Assembly (NCBI RefSeq): GCF_000142905.1
Contig: NW_013657678.1
Span: forward strand, 124,001 to 188,000
Direction of reading: 5' to 3'
Origin: Thecamonas trahens ATCC 50062
Lineage: Eukaryota > Protista > Apusomonadida
Length of the DNA stretch: 64,000 bases
Under the pieces are notes generated by a model. The model searched no databases and was not told the origin of the DNA. It worked only from the letters and a program-made list of their open reading frames with translations. Of the stretch, positions 1 through 12,582 are shown one piece after another. Both the position numbers and the translations under genes were made by a program. Each line of letters starts with the position of its first letter. The stretch's first letter is position 1.

Positions 1-2389
1 CCGCGAGGAGAGGACCGACCAGCCGCGAGACCGCGTGGAACGCGCTGCCAAGCTCGGAGCTCACTGGATCGTAGAGCGCCCACTGGGCAAGAAGGCCAAG
101 AACCCGGCGCGAGACCTGCGGCGAGCCACCCTTGAGCACCCAAAGGATCTTGAACAGGAGCTGCGCCCACTTGGCAATGATCGGCGAGGTAAACTTGCCC
201 ATGGCACGCTCACGCTTGCTCGGCTTGCGCTTGTCGGTCGCGCCAAACGCGGCGCGGCGCGCCGCCACAGCTGCCACCACGTCGAGCACCAGCAGCGTCG
301 CCGTCGGGTCGGCCACCACAACCTGCGACGCAAGCAGTTCGGTGACGGCTCCGAGAAGCGGCTCCAGCGCCGCCGTGGCCGCCGTCGTCTCGCGATCGGC
401 AAGTAGCAGTTCAACATAGACCGGAAGCGCTTGCAGAACTCGGCGGTGACCAGCGGTGGCGGCGAGCGGATCCGAGCCAGAAAAGGCGTCAGTGGACGGT
501 GGGACAAGCAGCGAGGCCAGGAACGGGGTCATGTCCGCCAGCGACGCCGCTGCCAGCGCCAGCGGCGCCGTGCCGGCCTCGACGGGCGCCGCCGCCAGCT
601 GTGCCGCGAGCGAGCACAGCGCCACGTTGAGCGAGGTGACGGTCTCGCCCAGCGAACGAGCGAGTGCGGCCTGCTTGGCATTGGCCCGGGACGGGATCGG
701 CGACGACACCGGAAACGCCGCCAGGTAGTGGTTGGTCGTATGGTCGCGAACGACGGTAGCAAGGCGAGCCGGCAGGACCAGGCCGGCCTCGATTACGGCG
801 CCGACCAGGGTCGAGAGCACGCGGACAACCGAGAGCAGCGCCGATGCCCGCGCCAGCGACAGCCGCGAAGACGGGTCCGACTCGATCCAGCACTCCAGCA
901 TCAGCGCGGCAATGCGGTCGAGAACGTCGAGCGCGGTGAGGCTCGCCGCGGCCTCGGACGACCCGCCGGACACGCCCTTGCGCGTGGTGGCTGCGGCTTG
1001 CGCCAGCGGCGGCGCGAACAGCGGCTCCGAGACCGGCGCCGAGACCGGCCGCGGCTGCGCGAGCCGCACCCATCCGGTCTGCATGTAAAGTCGCGGGCTG
1101 TTCCACGGAACGTGAGTCAGAGCAGCATCGGCAGCGGCGGCGCCGACGTCGGCCACACCGTCAGGCACATGCCCGTCGCGCGCCGAAAACGTCGCGCGCC
1201 ACGTCTGCGGCGCAAAGGCGAGGACAACGAGAGTCTCAAGCGCGTTGAGCACCGCCGCGCGCCCTGACGACGAGCTTGCCACGCCCGATGGCGTGCCGGT
1301 CAGCGTCAGCGCCGGGCCTTTTCCCGAGCTCGCTACGTGGGTCCCGGTCGCAATGTACAGCAGCGAGTCGAGGAGCGCCGGTGCCGATGCGGCAATGCGC
1401 CACGGAAAGTAGGTGACAACAAGGTCAAGCGAGCGGACTGCATCAAGCCGGACCGAGTCTTCGAGGTGCGACATACCCGACGAGATGTACAGGACCAGGT
1501 GCGCCACGTACGGCGCAAAGACGGCGAGGCTACTCCCTCCGCGCCCGATCGCCATGCCGTGGAAGAGCTTGGCAAGCAGGTTGCGAACTGCAGCTCGGAC
1601 CCCAGAGTCGACGTCTAGCAGCGTCTCTAGCACGCCGAGAACCGTGAGTCGGATGTTGTACGCCACCATGGCCGGATACTTGACCACCAGCTCGGTGATG
1701 CCCTCGAGTGCCGACGATCGCATGCGGGCGTTAAAGTGCTTGACTTGGCTCAGCAGCTCAGGAAGGACCAGCCCGCGCGAGGTGAACGCGCTCGCCACAT
1801 CGGTCATGGTCTCGTTGGTAGACGCGCCGTGGGCCAGTGACGTCCGCGCCTCGAGCGAGGCCTCACCGTACTGGGTCATCTGCGATGGCATGACCAGCGT
1901 CTTGGCCTTAAACCGAGTGTCCGTCTGGTTCTCTTGCCTTTTTTTGTCTTGCCCACTCCATCCTTCCGTTTCTGTCCATGCCTCCCATGGCCATCGCCAT
2001 CAACGCATGCTGTGAGTCGTCGCCTGGCGTGGCACAGGCCGCCCTGGACATGCTAGGTGGCATGCCCAGGGAGAGCCCTCTCTGCAGTCCAGGTCTCATG
2101 TGGTCGACTGCACCGAAAGGTGTGTGTGCGGGGGGGGGGGGGGGGGGGAAGGGGTTGGTTGGCTGTGGCACGGTTCTATGGCTCTGTGTCGGGCGGTGGG
2201 CTCTTGCCTCGTCCATCTTCGGCATCCATCTCTCCTGGCCCGAGTCAAGGGAGGGGAGTTATAGGGACAGAGGAGGGGAGAAGTACCTTGGAAAAGGGAG
2301 GGTGCAGGGGATGCTTGGCAATGAAGGCGTACCTTAAAGTCGACAGTCCGCGACTGCGCCTTCTTCTGCTTCTTTCTGCGGCTGACCAT
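1..2389 (-). CDS. IPI1: Pre-rRNA-processing protein IPI1/TEX10 (rixosome), 3'-truncated by the window edge; exon 1 2389-2333, exon 2 from 1971, apparent frameshift at A7 (1939-1945)
   Basis: Exon 1 MVSRRKKQKKAQSRTVDFK|GTACGC; exon 2 KRKDGVGKTKK..RQENQTDTRFKAKTLVMPSQ...LPELLSQVKHFNARMRSSALEGITELVVKYP matches the TEX10/Ipi1 N-terminus. The frame appears open to position 1, so it is absent from the ORF track. Confidence 0.85.
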
Positions 2390-2494
2390 GGCGCAGTGGC
2401 GTCGAGTGGTCGACCCGTCGAGCGGCTGACCCGTCGAGTGGTGGGCCCGTCGAGTGTCGACGAGTCCAGAGTCCATGATGAATACAGTTTACAG

Positions 2495-5400
2495 CTAGGC
2501 ACGGAGCTTAGAGCGCTTGGAGGTGCGGAACTGAGGGGAGACCGGGACGGTCAGTTGGGCCTCGGAGACCTTGACCCGGATCGGAGCGTAGTGGCGGATG
2601 GGCTGGGCCTTAAAGTCGAGCGACTTGCGGAACTCGGCGAGCTCTTCGGCCTCCTCGCGGGCACGGGCAGCAGCCATGGCGGCGCGTTCGGCCTCGAGGA
2701 CTGCATCCTCGGCGGCCTTGACCTCGGCCTTGGCCTCGCGCTCCTCTGCGCGGCGCGAGGTGTTGAGATCAAACGGCTGAGTCTCGGTCAGCGGCGCGGC
2801 GGAGCGGCGCGGGGTGAAGACCGGGAGGTCATGGGCCGGCGCGGGCTTGGCGGCGAAGGACGAGAACTGGGCAGCCTCGGCCTCGAGCTCGGCGGCAATG
2901 CGTGCGGCGCGCGAGGCTTCGGCAGCCTCGTGGCGCTTGACCGACTCGAGCTCGAACGGGATCGGAACGGTGAGCTCCTTGGGCGCCGCGCGCGGGAGCG
3001 GGTCGGGCGTCTCCAGGTCGAGCAGCGGCGTGGCCTTAAACTTGGCGGCGGCGGCAGCGGCGGCGGCCTGCGCCTCACGCTCAGCCTCGATGCGGGCGCG
3101 GTACTTGGCACCGCGGACGTCCGACGCAAGCTCGAACGGGACCGGGACGGTGAGCGGCTTGCGCTTGGGCGTCGGCAGCGGTTCAGGCGAGTCAAAGACC
3201 GGCATGAGACCGGCCTTGAACTTCGGCCGCGGCGGCTCGTCCGAAAGCACCGGCTCGGGTCGCCGCGATGCGCGGTCCTTGGTTGCCAGCGCTGGTGAGT
3301 GCGGGATGGTGAGCGATTTGATCGCCGAAACCGGGCCTGCCGGCGGCGGCGGCGCCTTGTACACCGAGCGTGGGACCGGGCGGGCCTTAAAGGTGAATGA
3401 CGGCGGGTCGGCGGGCTCATCATGGGTGCGGCGGCCAATGCGCGAGTCAGAGGCAAATGTGGGCGTGATGGGGCGGGTCGGCTTGACGCGCGCCACCTTG
3501 GGCACTCCGTAGTCACCGCACGATTCGAAGATCTTGGCGTTGACCGGGCGAGCCTTGAAGCCGGGATGAGCCTTGATAGCCTCCAGTTCGGCGTCTTCGG
3601 TTGAGAGTACGGCGTGCTTCTCGCGCTTGGCGAGAGCGTCTGTGGCAAACTTGGGCGTGACCGGGATGGTTAGCTGGAGCGGGCGCGATGCAGCCATCGG
3701 CGCCGGCTTGGTCTTGAACCGGGTAGGCGTCTTGGCGAGGAAGGCGTTGACGGCCTCGGCCGTGGAGACAAACGAGGCCGATGCGTGGATGGGACCCTTG
3801 TCCGAGGCAAAGTGGAACGGCCGCGGCTGGGTCGCCGCCACCTTGGCCTTGCGCACTCCGGCGAGGCGCTTCGAGCGCTCTGCGGGCCGCGGCGACTCGG
3901 CCGCCGGCTTGCTCTTGATCCGCGAATCGGTGTGGAAGCGGAAGGCAACCGGCTCGGTCAGCGGCTTGACTGAGCGCTTGGAAACCGGCGCCTTCTTGGG
4001 CCGCGCCGCACGCTTGCGGTTCTTCACCATCTGCCGCTTGAGCTCGGCTCGCGCCTCGCGAATTGCATGCAGCTCGAGCTCCTCCGACGTGAGAGCCTTG
4101 GTCTTGGGCTTGGCCCGCTCGCGGCGCTGGAACGCTGGCGTCTTGGGCACCGTCAGCGCCGGCGCGGTCCGCGGCCGGTGGCTGCTCCGCGCCTTGGCCT
4201 CGGCCTTGGCCTCGCTCTCGACCGCCTCCTCGCGTGCCTTCCACGCCACGGTCGGTCGCGAGAACCGCGGCGCGCGGCCGGCTGACGTCTTTGGCCGCCG
4301 CTTCCGGGCTGCCTTGGCCCCCGATTTGACCTCGCTCTTGGCCGCGGCCTCGGCCTTGGCTTCCGCAGCGCGAGCAGCCTCGCGAGCCTTCCACGCCGCC
4401 GTCGGCTGAAGGAATCGTGGAACCCGAGCGCTTGGCTTGGCGCCGCCGCGGGCTGCCTGTCTCCGGGCCTGCTTGGCCTGCGGCTTTGCCTCGGGCTTGG
4501 CACGCGGCTTGGCGCGCGGCCTCGGCTTGGGCTCACCTGCGGCCGTCTTGGGACGGACCGAGGCGGCGGCCGGAGCAGCGGCCGAAGCGGGCACGACCGT
4601 GGTATCGGCCTCGGGCTCGGGCGACGACGAAATCTCGCGCTGCTCAACCTTTCGGACCCGGATCGGCCGCGACCGCAGCGAGCTTGCCAGCAGCGAACGG
4701 GGGCCGTTGGTGGACGACGTCAGCGATGCCGACATAATGGTAAACGAGTCATCGGCGGAGCCGGTGGCGGCCTCCGGCTCGACAGTCTCGGCGATGACGT
4801 CTTCGGCGATGACGTCGTCGGCGATGACGTCTTCGGCGATGACGTCTTCGGCGATGACGTCTTCGGCGATGATGTTCTCGGCGACAATGTCCCGCAGGGC
4901 AAGGGGCTCATCGGCCGGGCTCGGCAACTCGGCCTTGAGCGGTGACATCATGATTTCGTCTGCAGCAATAAGAGGCGCATGCGTGATTGGAGCATACGTG
5001 GCGTCCATGATCTCGACCTCGGCGTCTGCGTCTGCGTCCGCGTCTGCGTCGGCCTCAGCCTCGGCCTGAGCCTCACCCTGAGCCTCAGCCTCAGCTTCAG
5101 CCATAAGGACTGCAGGCATTGGGAGCGGCTCGGGCGAGCTTGGAAGCTGCTGTTCGTCGAGGTCAACAACTGCCGGCGTCCGTGACGGGGTGCACATCGC
5201 ACCCGGCCGCGAGACATCGGCCATGTGAGCAACGCCAGGCGGGGATGCCATGACGGCAGTCAGTGCCACACGGGCCGGGACAGCCGCGAGCGGCTGCGCC
5301 GCAGCGGCACTCACTGGAGTGCCCGGAAGCATGTTGTCAGCCACGGCATGGTCATGCTCCGGCGCCGGGGCGACGGAGGCGCGGCGGCTGCCGCTGGCGA

Positions 5401-5749
5401 CGAGGCGAACGTCGGTGACAGGGTCGGTACGCCCATGATGTTGGCGACAGGCGCACATGCATCCTCTGGTTTGTTAGCTACACCCACACTCATCCGCAGA
5501 CTGTGAGTAACCATGCCTTCTTGATCGTGGCACCATCCACAGGGGCGAGCGTGACCTGCGGGAGGCGCCAAAAACGCCCATCGCGAAAGTTTGAAAACTT
5601 TGGCCGACAGAGAGGGGCAGGCAGGGGGGAGGGGGGGGGGGGACAGGCAAAGGTAGCGTACTGAACCACTCGTCGGCATGGGCGTCTGTGGCGTCGATGT
5701 CGTCAAAGTCGACAAACTGCGGTGCCTCGAACTCGTACGTGTTGGCCAT
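2495..5749 (-). CDS. TPX2: TPX2 microtubule/Aurora-A-binding protein; exon 1 5749-5662, intron 5661-5466, apparent frameshift at 5367-5370
   Basis: Aurora-A-binding N-terminal motif YEFEAPQFVDF...ADEWF; repeated LTxPxxPxF/PFxF motifs; GDYGVPKV; C-terminal FRKSLDFKAQPIRHY...LTVPVSPQF. GTACGC donor, GCTAAC branch point, CAG acceptor. Confidence 0.9.
4788..4880 (-). repeat. 15-bp coding tandem repeat (EDVIA x~5-6) within TPX2
   Basis: tcggcgatgacgtct units on the + strand. Confidence 0.9.
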
Positions 5750-6034
5750 GATGGGGCCGGAGCCGAGAGGGGTTGCGAGAGGAGTCAGAGTCGATAGTCG
5801 GTGGTGCGAGTGAGAGTGGGAGCTGCTGCCGGCTGCCGCTCGTTGGTGCGCTTTTTCCCGGGCGGACGTGAAATAGCCAATGAAGCGCGAGAACAAGACG
5901 TGTGTGGATTTGTAAAGGTAGTGATGAGCTGCAAGTGCTAGTGTTGGTAGTGATGGTGGCAGTAGGCGGAGGAGGGGGAGTGGTGGTCCAACAAGGAAGG
6001 GGACCATGGGGTTGGGGCGGCAGGCGGCTCTCGC

Positions 6035-7345
6035 TCACGGGTGCGGCTCGGGCAGCGACGGTGACGAAAAGGTGAGCGATGAGGTGCGGGCAATGATATC
6101 GTCGACGGCACGAACGTGGAGGACCTTGTTGCACACAGAGTGTGAGACGAGGGCAAGCGCGTCCTGATCATTTGGCGGCAGGTGGGCGAGGATGCAGGCC
6201 ATGACGTTGTCGTCGAGCGACTCAAGCCGGGTCGTGACTCCTCCGCCAGACGCTGGGAGTGCACCGACCGAGGCGAGAGCTGCCATGGCACGAGCCGGCA
6301 GCTTGGGTGCTTCTCGCGTGGCTTGGATCGGAGTCGGGCCTGTCGGCTGCCCGGAGAACGCCGAGACGGTCATGCCGCGCTCGGCGGCAACCGAGGCGAT
6401 GACTTCGGCTTGTCGGCGGCGGTTGCGCTGCTCGCGCAGCCGGGCCGTGCACTGGCAGACCTGGCGGTCGCGGCGACGAGCCCGTCGGGTAAGGTCATCA
6501 TCGTCGCCAGATCGTGCGCCACCGGCATCGTCGCACTCGTCGCCGGCCAGCCCGGACGATCGCGGCGACACCCGCTTTCCGCCGCACACCGCACAACGAG
6601 ACTCGACCTGCAACGCCTGATCGGAAGCGACTTGGGTCGGCGCTGCCCCCAGCCGGACACTTGACGGCTCAACCGACGAGCACCGGCGGCGGCGAGATGC
6701 CCGGTGGCGCATCGACGACGACGACCGGCTTGGCGCGCGCGACCGGCGCGACCGGCTCGCCGCTGACGACGCCGACGCTGACGCTGACGCCGACGCGCTC
6801 GAGTGCTCGCCCTCGCCCAGGACAGCAAGTCCGGTACTGCGGTCTCGTTCTAGCGACCGCGACCGCGACCGCGACCGTGACCGAGAGAGTGACCGCGAGC
6901 CCGAGCCCGAGCCTGGCCCCGGGCGCATGCTACGGGCAGCGACGGCGGGGTGCAGCGCGAGCGGAGGCGAGGAGGCTGACGAGGACGGATACGACGACAG
7001 CAGAGCCGACGAGCACGACGAGAGAGACAGCGGGTGCTGCGAGATAGCCAGGGGCGTGGTGGCCGGAGTGCTGGCCGGAGTCGGTGCCGTCGGACGTAAA
7101 GTGGGCAGCGGCGGAAGGCTGAGTCGCACTCGCTCGCCGAGGCCGATCGAGCCTTCCGGGGCACAGCCCGACCTGGCGACGCGTCGCCGACCCAGACTGC
7201 GGAAATCGGGTCCAGCCTCGGTTGTCTGCACGTCCATGGTCACAGAGTCGAGGGGTATGAGTGCACACATTGGTTCGGTAGCAATCGGCGTAAGCGAGCC
7301 CTCGTAGGTGGTGTGGACCACATTGGGCCGCGGCGGGAATGGCAT
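6035..7345 (-). CDS. Low-complexity (S/R-rich) protein with a C-terminal F-box-like motif
   Basis: 436-aa ORF; RSRSRS tracts; LESLDDNVMACILAHLPPNDQDALALVSHSVCNKV resembles the F-box consensus. Confidence 0.55.
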   Translation of the reverse strand: MPFPPRPNVVHTTYEGSLTPIATEPMCALIPLDSVTMDVQTTEAGPDFRSLGRRRVARSGCAPEGSIGLGERVRLSLPPLPTLRPTAPTPASTPATTPLAISQHPLSLSSCSSALLSSYPSSSASSPPLALHPAVAARSMRPGPGSGSGSRSLSRSRSRSRSRSLERDRSTGLAVLGEGEHSSASASASASASSAASRSRRSRAPSRSSSSMRHRASRRRRCSSVEPSSVRLGAAPTQVASDQALQVESRCAVCGGKRVSPRSSGLAGDECDDAGGARSGDDDDLTRRARRRDRQVCQCTARLREQRNRRRQAEVIASVAAERGMTVSAFSGQPTGPTPIQATREAPKLPARAMAALASVGALPASGGGVTTRLESLDDNVMACILAHLPPNDQDALALVSHSVCNKVLHVRAVDDIIARTSSLTFSSPSLPEPHP

Positions 7346-7788
7346 TGGCCACGTTGCGGCCGCGCTCGCTTTGTGCGCTGGAGACGATCCAGACGACGGC
7401 TACGGCGAACCGAGTGTAATCGCAGGCAGCTACCTGATGGGTCTACGGGAAGTGCTTGCGCTTTACTGCTTGCGCAGACTCGTCTCTGCTGTGCTTGTCT
7501 TGACGGCAAGAGGGGGCGTGGGACGAGTGCGGGTGTCTCCTCCGCCACAGCCCGCTAGCTGCTGAGAGTGTTCTCCACCGGGGTTTTGGGGCTTTTTTCC
7601 CCGCACCTGGTCAAGGAGGCAAGCGGTTGCTTGTTTTTCTTTGTTCGCGTTTGGATGTGGAGGTGAGAGTGAGAGTGAGAGTGAGAGAGAGTGTGTGAGG
7701 GATGTGGTGTGCATGAGCGTGTGGAGTGGTGCGAGTGCGAGTGAGTGTGCGTGGAGCAGTGGAAGAGGGTACGTGCATGGTGGCCCGT

Positions 7789-10780
7789 CTACTTGCGGTA
7801 GCGACGGACGGTCTGGCGGGCAAAGGTGGCGACCTCGATCGTGTCCTCATCGTCCGAGCCGTCGAGCTCGCGGATGAGCGGGAGGACCCACTCTTGCTTG
7901 AGGTAGCCGCCGACGTCGGTGCCGTAGGTGTGGGCGAGGTCGCCGAGGCAGCCGACGGCGGCGCGGGTGACCTCTTCGGAGCGGAACTCGTCCTTGTAGA
8001 CATGGCCGATAAAGGCAAAGAGGTGCTCGACGTAGCCGTCAAGGAGAGCCTCCTTCTTGGCCTCGCGGAGGCCCTGAATGATGCCGGTGAAGCCCTCAAA
8101 GACGTTCTCGCGGAGCGAGTTGAGGTAGACGACCAGCTCCGGGTACGAGGTGTCGACAAAGACCTGCGAGGCCTGGCAGAGGAGCTGCATAACCGGGTTG
8201 ACGTGCGGCGCAAATGCGGCCTCGATGGCGAGGGCGAGGTCGCCAAAGGCGGCGAGGATGACCGGCTTGACCCTGTCGGGCAGGGCGCCGTGGTTGAGGT
8301 TGGCAATGAGGGCGCCGATGATGTCGTCGGCATACGGCGCCATGCTCTTCTCGAGCGCCCGGCAGCAGTCGCCGAGCACGCCGATGGAGACGATGCACAC
8401 GTCGGGCTCCTGGTGCGACTTGATGCCGGCCATGAGGAACTCGAAGAACGCGTTCATGTACGGCTCAAAGTCCTCGTCGATAGCCCGGGCCAGGGCGCCG
8501 ATGGCCACCATCGCCTCCTCATGGACTGTGTCGGTCCGGCACCGCAGGACGGCGAGGAAGGCCTCCATGAGGCTGTCGGCGTGGCCCATAATGTCGCCTT
8601 CGACCCGCTCGATAATCGCCTGAAGCGAAGAGCAAATGAGGCCCTGCAGGTCTGACCGCTGCGTCATCTCGTCGGCAGAGGAAATCTCGTACGCGAGCGT
8701 CTCCCCGAGCCGCTCGAGGAGGGTGGCAAAGACAGACGAGACGTGGACGAGGCAATCCTTGGCCGAAGACTCGATCATGACGTTGAGCGTGGTGTACGCC
8801 GTGCCCCGCAGGTTGGACATGTCGCCGTCGCCACGGACGGTGACCGAGAGCAGCGTGACGGCAAGGTCAGCAAAGAACGGCGAGAGGCCGTACGTGTCGG
8901 CGTCGGGCTGGGCAAAGACCTTAGCCAGGTTGTGCAGCGCCCAGCAGCACGAGACTGCGACACGCGGCGATGCGCCGAGCCCATCGTTGATGGCCTCCAA
9001 CAGCGCCGGGCCGTGCTCCGACGGAATGGCCTCGGCATGGTACTTGCACACCGCGCCAATGGTCCATGCCGCAGACTCGGCAATGAGCAGGACGTCCGAG
9101 CCCATGAGCGTGGCAAAGGTCGGCAAGCCCATGGCGATGAGCTCACCAACAGCCGCGGACGACACGCCCTCCAGAATGGAGCCAAAGGCGAAGATGGCGG
9201 CCTCAACATGGCGCCACGACTCGCCCTCGACGTTGCCCACAATAAACGGCACAACGTACTCAAGCACAGCGTCGCGCACGTCCTTGGCCACCAGGTTGAG
9301 GCACGTGCCGGCCGCCATCGAGATGTTCCACGTCGTCGGCTGCTGGTCCTCTTCCTGCCGGCACATAGTCTGCGTCAGCAGCTCCACCAGCGGGCCGAGC
9401 ACCGTCGCCACGTACTCGAGTGAGACCGACTTGGGGTGCTGCCCGCGCTGCTGCGCGTCCTCGGCCTCGAGGTGGAGGAAGATCTCCTCCTCACAGATCG
9501 TCGACCAGAACTCGATGGCCTGCAGCGCAGACTGCTCCGGGTCCGACCGGATTGCCTCAAACGTCAGCTGGTACAGCGCCTCCATGTACGGCTGGATGTT
9601 GCCGTAGAAGAACGACGCAATGCGGACAAGGCACTCGAGTGCCGCACGCCGGATTCGCGTGTCCGACGCCTGCGTCGCAGAGCAAACCACAGTCATGATG
9701 TAGTCGCGGTCGTCCGGAACCTCAAATGCGTCAGACACAAACTCGAGCGCATTGTACAGCGCCTTGGTAGCCTCCAGCCGCACATTGTCGTTCCGCTCCG
9801 TCTCCTCCACACCAGACATGACCGCAGTCAAAATCTGCCCACTCTGCGCCGCAAGCACCTCGCGCTTGACACCCTCGCAGATGTATCCCAGGCATGCCAG
9901 CGTCGACTGACGCAGCATGTCGTTGTCCATCACCGTCATGTTCTGCAACAGCGCCTCGACAAGCCCAGGCCACATCTGCTCCGGCAGCTCGATGGCAGCA
10001 ATCTTCGCCACAACAGCCGCAGCCGTCATCGCCGCAGTCGCATCAGAGCCCAGCGTCTGAAACAGCCCGTTCTTGATCGTCATCCGCGTCTCTTCGTCGA
10101 GCTCGCGCCACGCCTGCGCAAGCTTCATCTTGGTAATTGGGTCGCGCGCGTCCAGAAGAACCTTCAGCGCAAGGCCGGCAAGCTGCCGCGACACCTCTGT
10201 TGGGCCGCCCACAAGCTCGTGGCAGAGCCCAAGCATGTAACCACCATAGTTGGAGACTCGGAGCGAGTTGAGGTACGCCTCGGCCTCCTGGCGAGCCTCG
10301 TTAGCTGTCACGCACACCCGGTCCCACCCCGGCCACTCCGTGAGTTTGGATCGTCTGCGACCTTTTCCTCACCGACTCGCCGCCACCCCCTCCTTCCTCC
10401 CCCCCCCCCCCTCTCGCCCCGCATGCTGGCCTCACCCCGCTCCGGCTCGCACCATGCTAGCATGTCCCATCTCACCCGTATAATGAGCTCTCGACGGCAG
10501 GTAGTCCATGCGGGGTGCGCCCCGCGGAGCCACCAGCTCTGTGGCTGCGAGCATGCGACACGGTGCGAACGCGCGCCAAGACGCGGCGAAGGGAAAATTG
10601 GGGCCGATGTCCGACTACACGAGGGCATATTCAGAGCGCTACCACAGCAGACATGAACCACAGCAGCCAACCTCCACCCGTAGCCATCCCTCACCACACC
10701 AGCTACTCTCTCCCCACACTTGTCCCGTGCTACGTACTCCCCTCGTGGACCGCGAGCAGGGCCTGGGTCAAGTCGCTCAT
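7789..10780 (-). CDS. KPNB1: Importin beta-1; exon 1 10780-10738, exon 2 10304-7789
   Basis: MSDLTQALLAVHEG/TNEARQEAEAYL; RQLAGLALK; IAAIELPEQMWPGL; QAIEFWSTICEEE; WNISMAAGTCL; FAFGSILEG; HEAT repeats. Phase-1 GTACGT...CAG intron joins the exons in frame. Confidence 0.95.
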
Positions 10781-10935
10781 TGATGGCTCGGAAGAAAAGT
10801 GGCCGAATTTGGTTACGGGGACCATTTTGCTGTGGCGGATTTGGCCGGTCGCCCGCTCGACGCCGGTCGCTCGTCGCTCGCTCTTCGCCTAATTGCGCTC
10901 ACCCACACAGCCTTTCACTCGACTTGGCGGCAATC

Positions 10936-11841
10936 ATGGCGGTGGCTACCTCGCGGGCACAGCTGTTCAAGGACAAGGGAAACGGATGCGTGCGGAGAGG
11001 TGAGCTGGCGCTGGCGGTTCAGTGGTACGACAAGGCTCTCGAGGTGCTTGGCGAGGTCGACGCAGGTAGCGAGCTGGCTCAAACTGCGGCGGCCATTCTG
11101 GGCAACAAGTCGATGGCAGCTGGCAAGATGGCGGCGTGGGACGAGGCACTGGCGGCGGCGCAGGATGCTGCCCGCCTCCGGCCGGACTGGCCCAAGGCCC
11201 ACTACCGAGTCGGCCAGGCGCACGCTGCGCTTGGCGCTCACGCCGCCGCTATCGCCGCATTGACCGCCGGCCTCGCGCTCGCGCCCAACGATGCCGCGCT
11301 GACCAAGGCGCTGGCCGATGCCGAGGCGGCGGCGGCGGCAGCGGCGGCGGCAGGTACAGGCGGAGAGTCAGGCCGAGGCCCTGGAGGTGCGGCGCCGGCT
11401 CGGGCGTCGGTGGCCGAGGAGTCGGCGGCGGCGGCAGCGATGGTCATCAGTGACGCGCCGTCAGCCAAGGCCAAGGGAAACGCGCTGTTCAAGCTTGGCA
11501 AGTTTGAAGCCGCGCTGGAGGCATACTCTGAGGCGCTGGCGCGTGCAAAGGCAGACGACGACGGGCGCGCGGTGTACCATCTCAACGCCGCAGCATGCTA
11601 CATGCAGCTGCGCCGGTTTGAAGACGTTGTCGCCGCTTGTGACGCTGCGCTGGCGCTGGGCCAGCTGGCGGACACCAGCAAGGCGCTCCTCCGCCGCGCC
11701 ATGGCCCACGACGCCATGGACAACCCGGCCGGAGCCTATGCTGACTTTATGGCGGTGATGGCTAGCGGCAAGCTTGCGCCCGAGTTCCAGGCCCGTCTCT
11801 CACGGCTGCGCAAGGCGCTCAAGGCTGACGGCAAGCTCTGA
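10936..11841 (+). CDS. TPR-repeat protein with two TPR blocks (STI1/HOP-like co-chaperone)
   Basis: FKDKGNGCV...A..WYDKAL, RPDWPKAHYRVGQA, AKAKGNALFKLGKFEAALEAYSEAL, NAAACY, KALLRRA. Confidence 0.85.
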   Translation: MAVATSRAQLFKDKGNGCVRRGELALAVQWYDKALEVLGEVDAGSELAQTAAAILGNKSMAAGKMAAWDEALAAAQDAARLRPDWPKAHYRVGQAHAALGAHAAAIAALTAGLALAPNDAALTKALADAEAAAAAAAAAGTGGESGRGPGGAAPARASVAEESAAAAAMVISDAPSAKAKGNALFKLGKFEAALEAYSEALARAKADDDGRAVYHLNAAACYMQLRRFEDVVAACDAALALGQLADTSKALLRRAMAHDAMDNPAGAYADFMAVMASGKLAPEFQARLSRLRKALKADGKL

Positions 11842-11870
11842 CATGCGCCACGCCGCCGCAGACGGTAAGG

Positions 11871-12446
11871 CTACAGCAAGCCGGTGTCCCACAAGATGCC
11901 CAGCACAGTCTTGCGCGTCTCTGTGTACCGCGTCTCCTCGCGGATGTAGCGCAGGATGCTGCGATGCAGGGCGTGATGGCGTGAGTTGTGGACAATGAGC
12001 AAGGAGTAGGAGTAGGAAATGAAAGGATAACGTACGAAACAGCCCATTCCTTGAGCTTGCGTGAGGTGATGTGCGGGATGATGATCGTGAGCAGGTCACC
12101 GGCCTCGAGAAACATGTCGGGCTCGTCAAGGCAGGCAAAGCAATACGAGAGCACGCGCTGTTGCTCGCTCTCCTCCAGCACCAGCCAGACTTTAACAACA
12201 TCCTCCGGCTCGCGTAGCGCCTTGATCAACTCTCTCTGCACCGGTGCCGCCCATCCCGAGGTCGTCCAAGTCGCCCGTGAGTCTCCTGCCCTCCCTCCCC
12301 TCCTCCCGTTCCCCGGCCACACCCACCCACCAACCCACACCCACCCACACCCACTCACATACCACAAGAGCAGCCTCGGCCATGTCCATGGACGGTGTCT
12401 TGGCAGGCATGTCCAAAGAGCCAAAGTCCAACGTGTCGGAGGCCAT
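11871..12446 (-). CDS. Small 3-exon hypothetical protein (~123 aa); exons 12446-12363, 12235-12036, 11958-11871
   Basis: GTATGT and GTACGT donors and CAG acceptors join with consistent phase to MASDTLDFG...AALV/RELIKALREPED...KEWAVS/ILRYIREE...LWDTGLL*. Confidence 0.7.
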
Positions 12447-12582
12447 GGCGGGCGTTGGGTGCGACGCTTGGCAGCTGAGAACGGTTGGCGCCAACTGGAG
12501 GGTGTGGGAGCCGGGCGGCATCGAGTCGTCGGGAGAGGCTTCGTGGGTCGGGAAACCACTTTACAAATCGCACGCACTCCAA

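Noticed and set aside
35-2015. Many short ORFs listed in the first 2 kb
   Set aside because: Shadows of the unlisted minus-strand IPI1 frame that runs off the window.
2495-10780. TPX2 near importin-beta as a Ran-pathway cluster
   Set aside because: No evidence beyond proximity; an unrelated gene lies between them.
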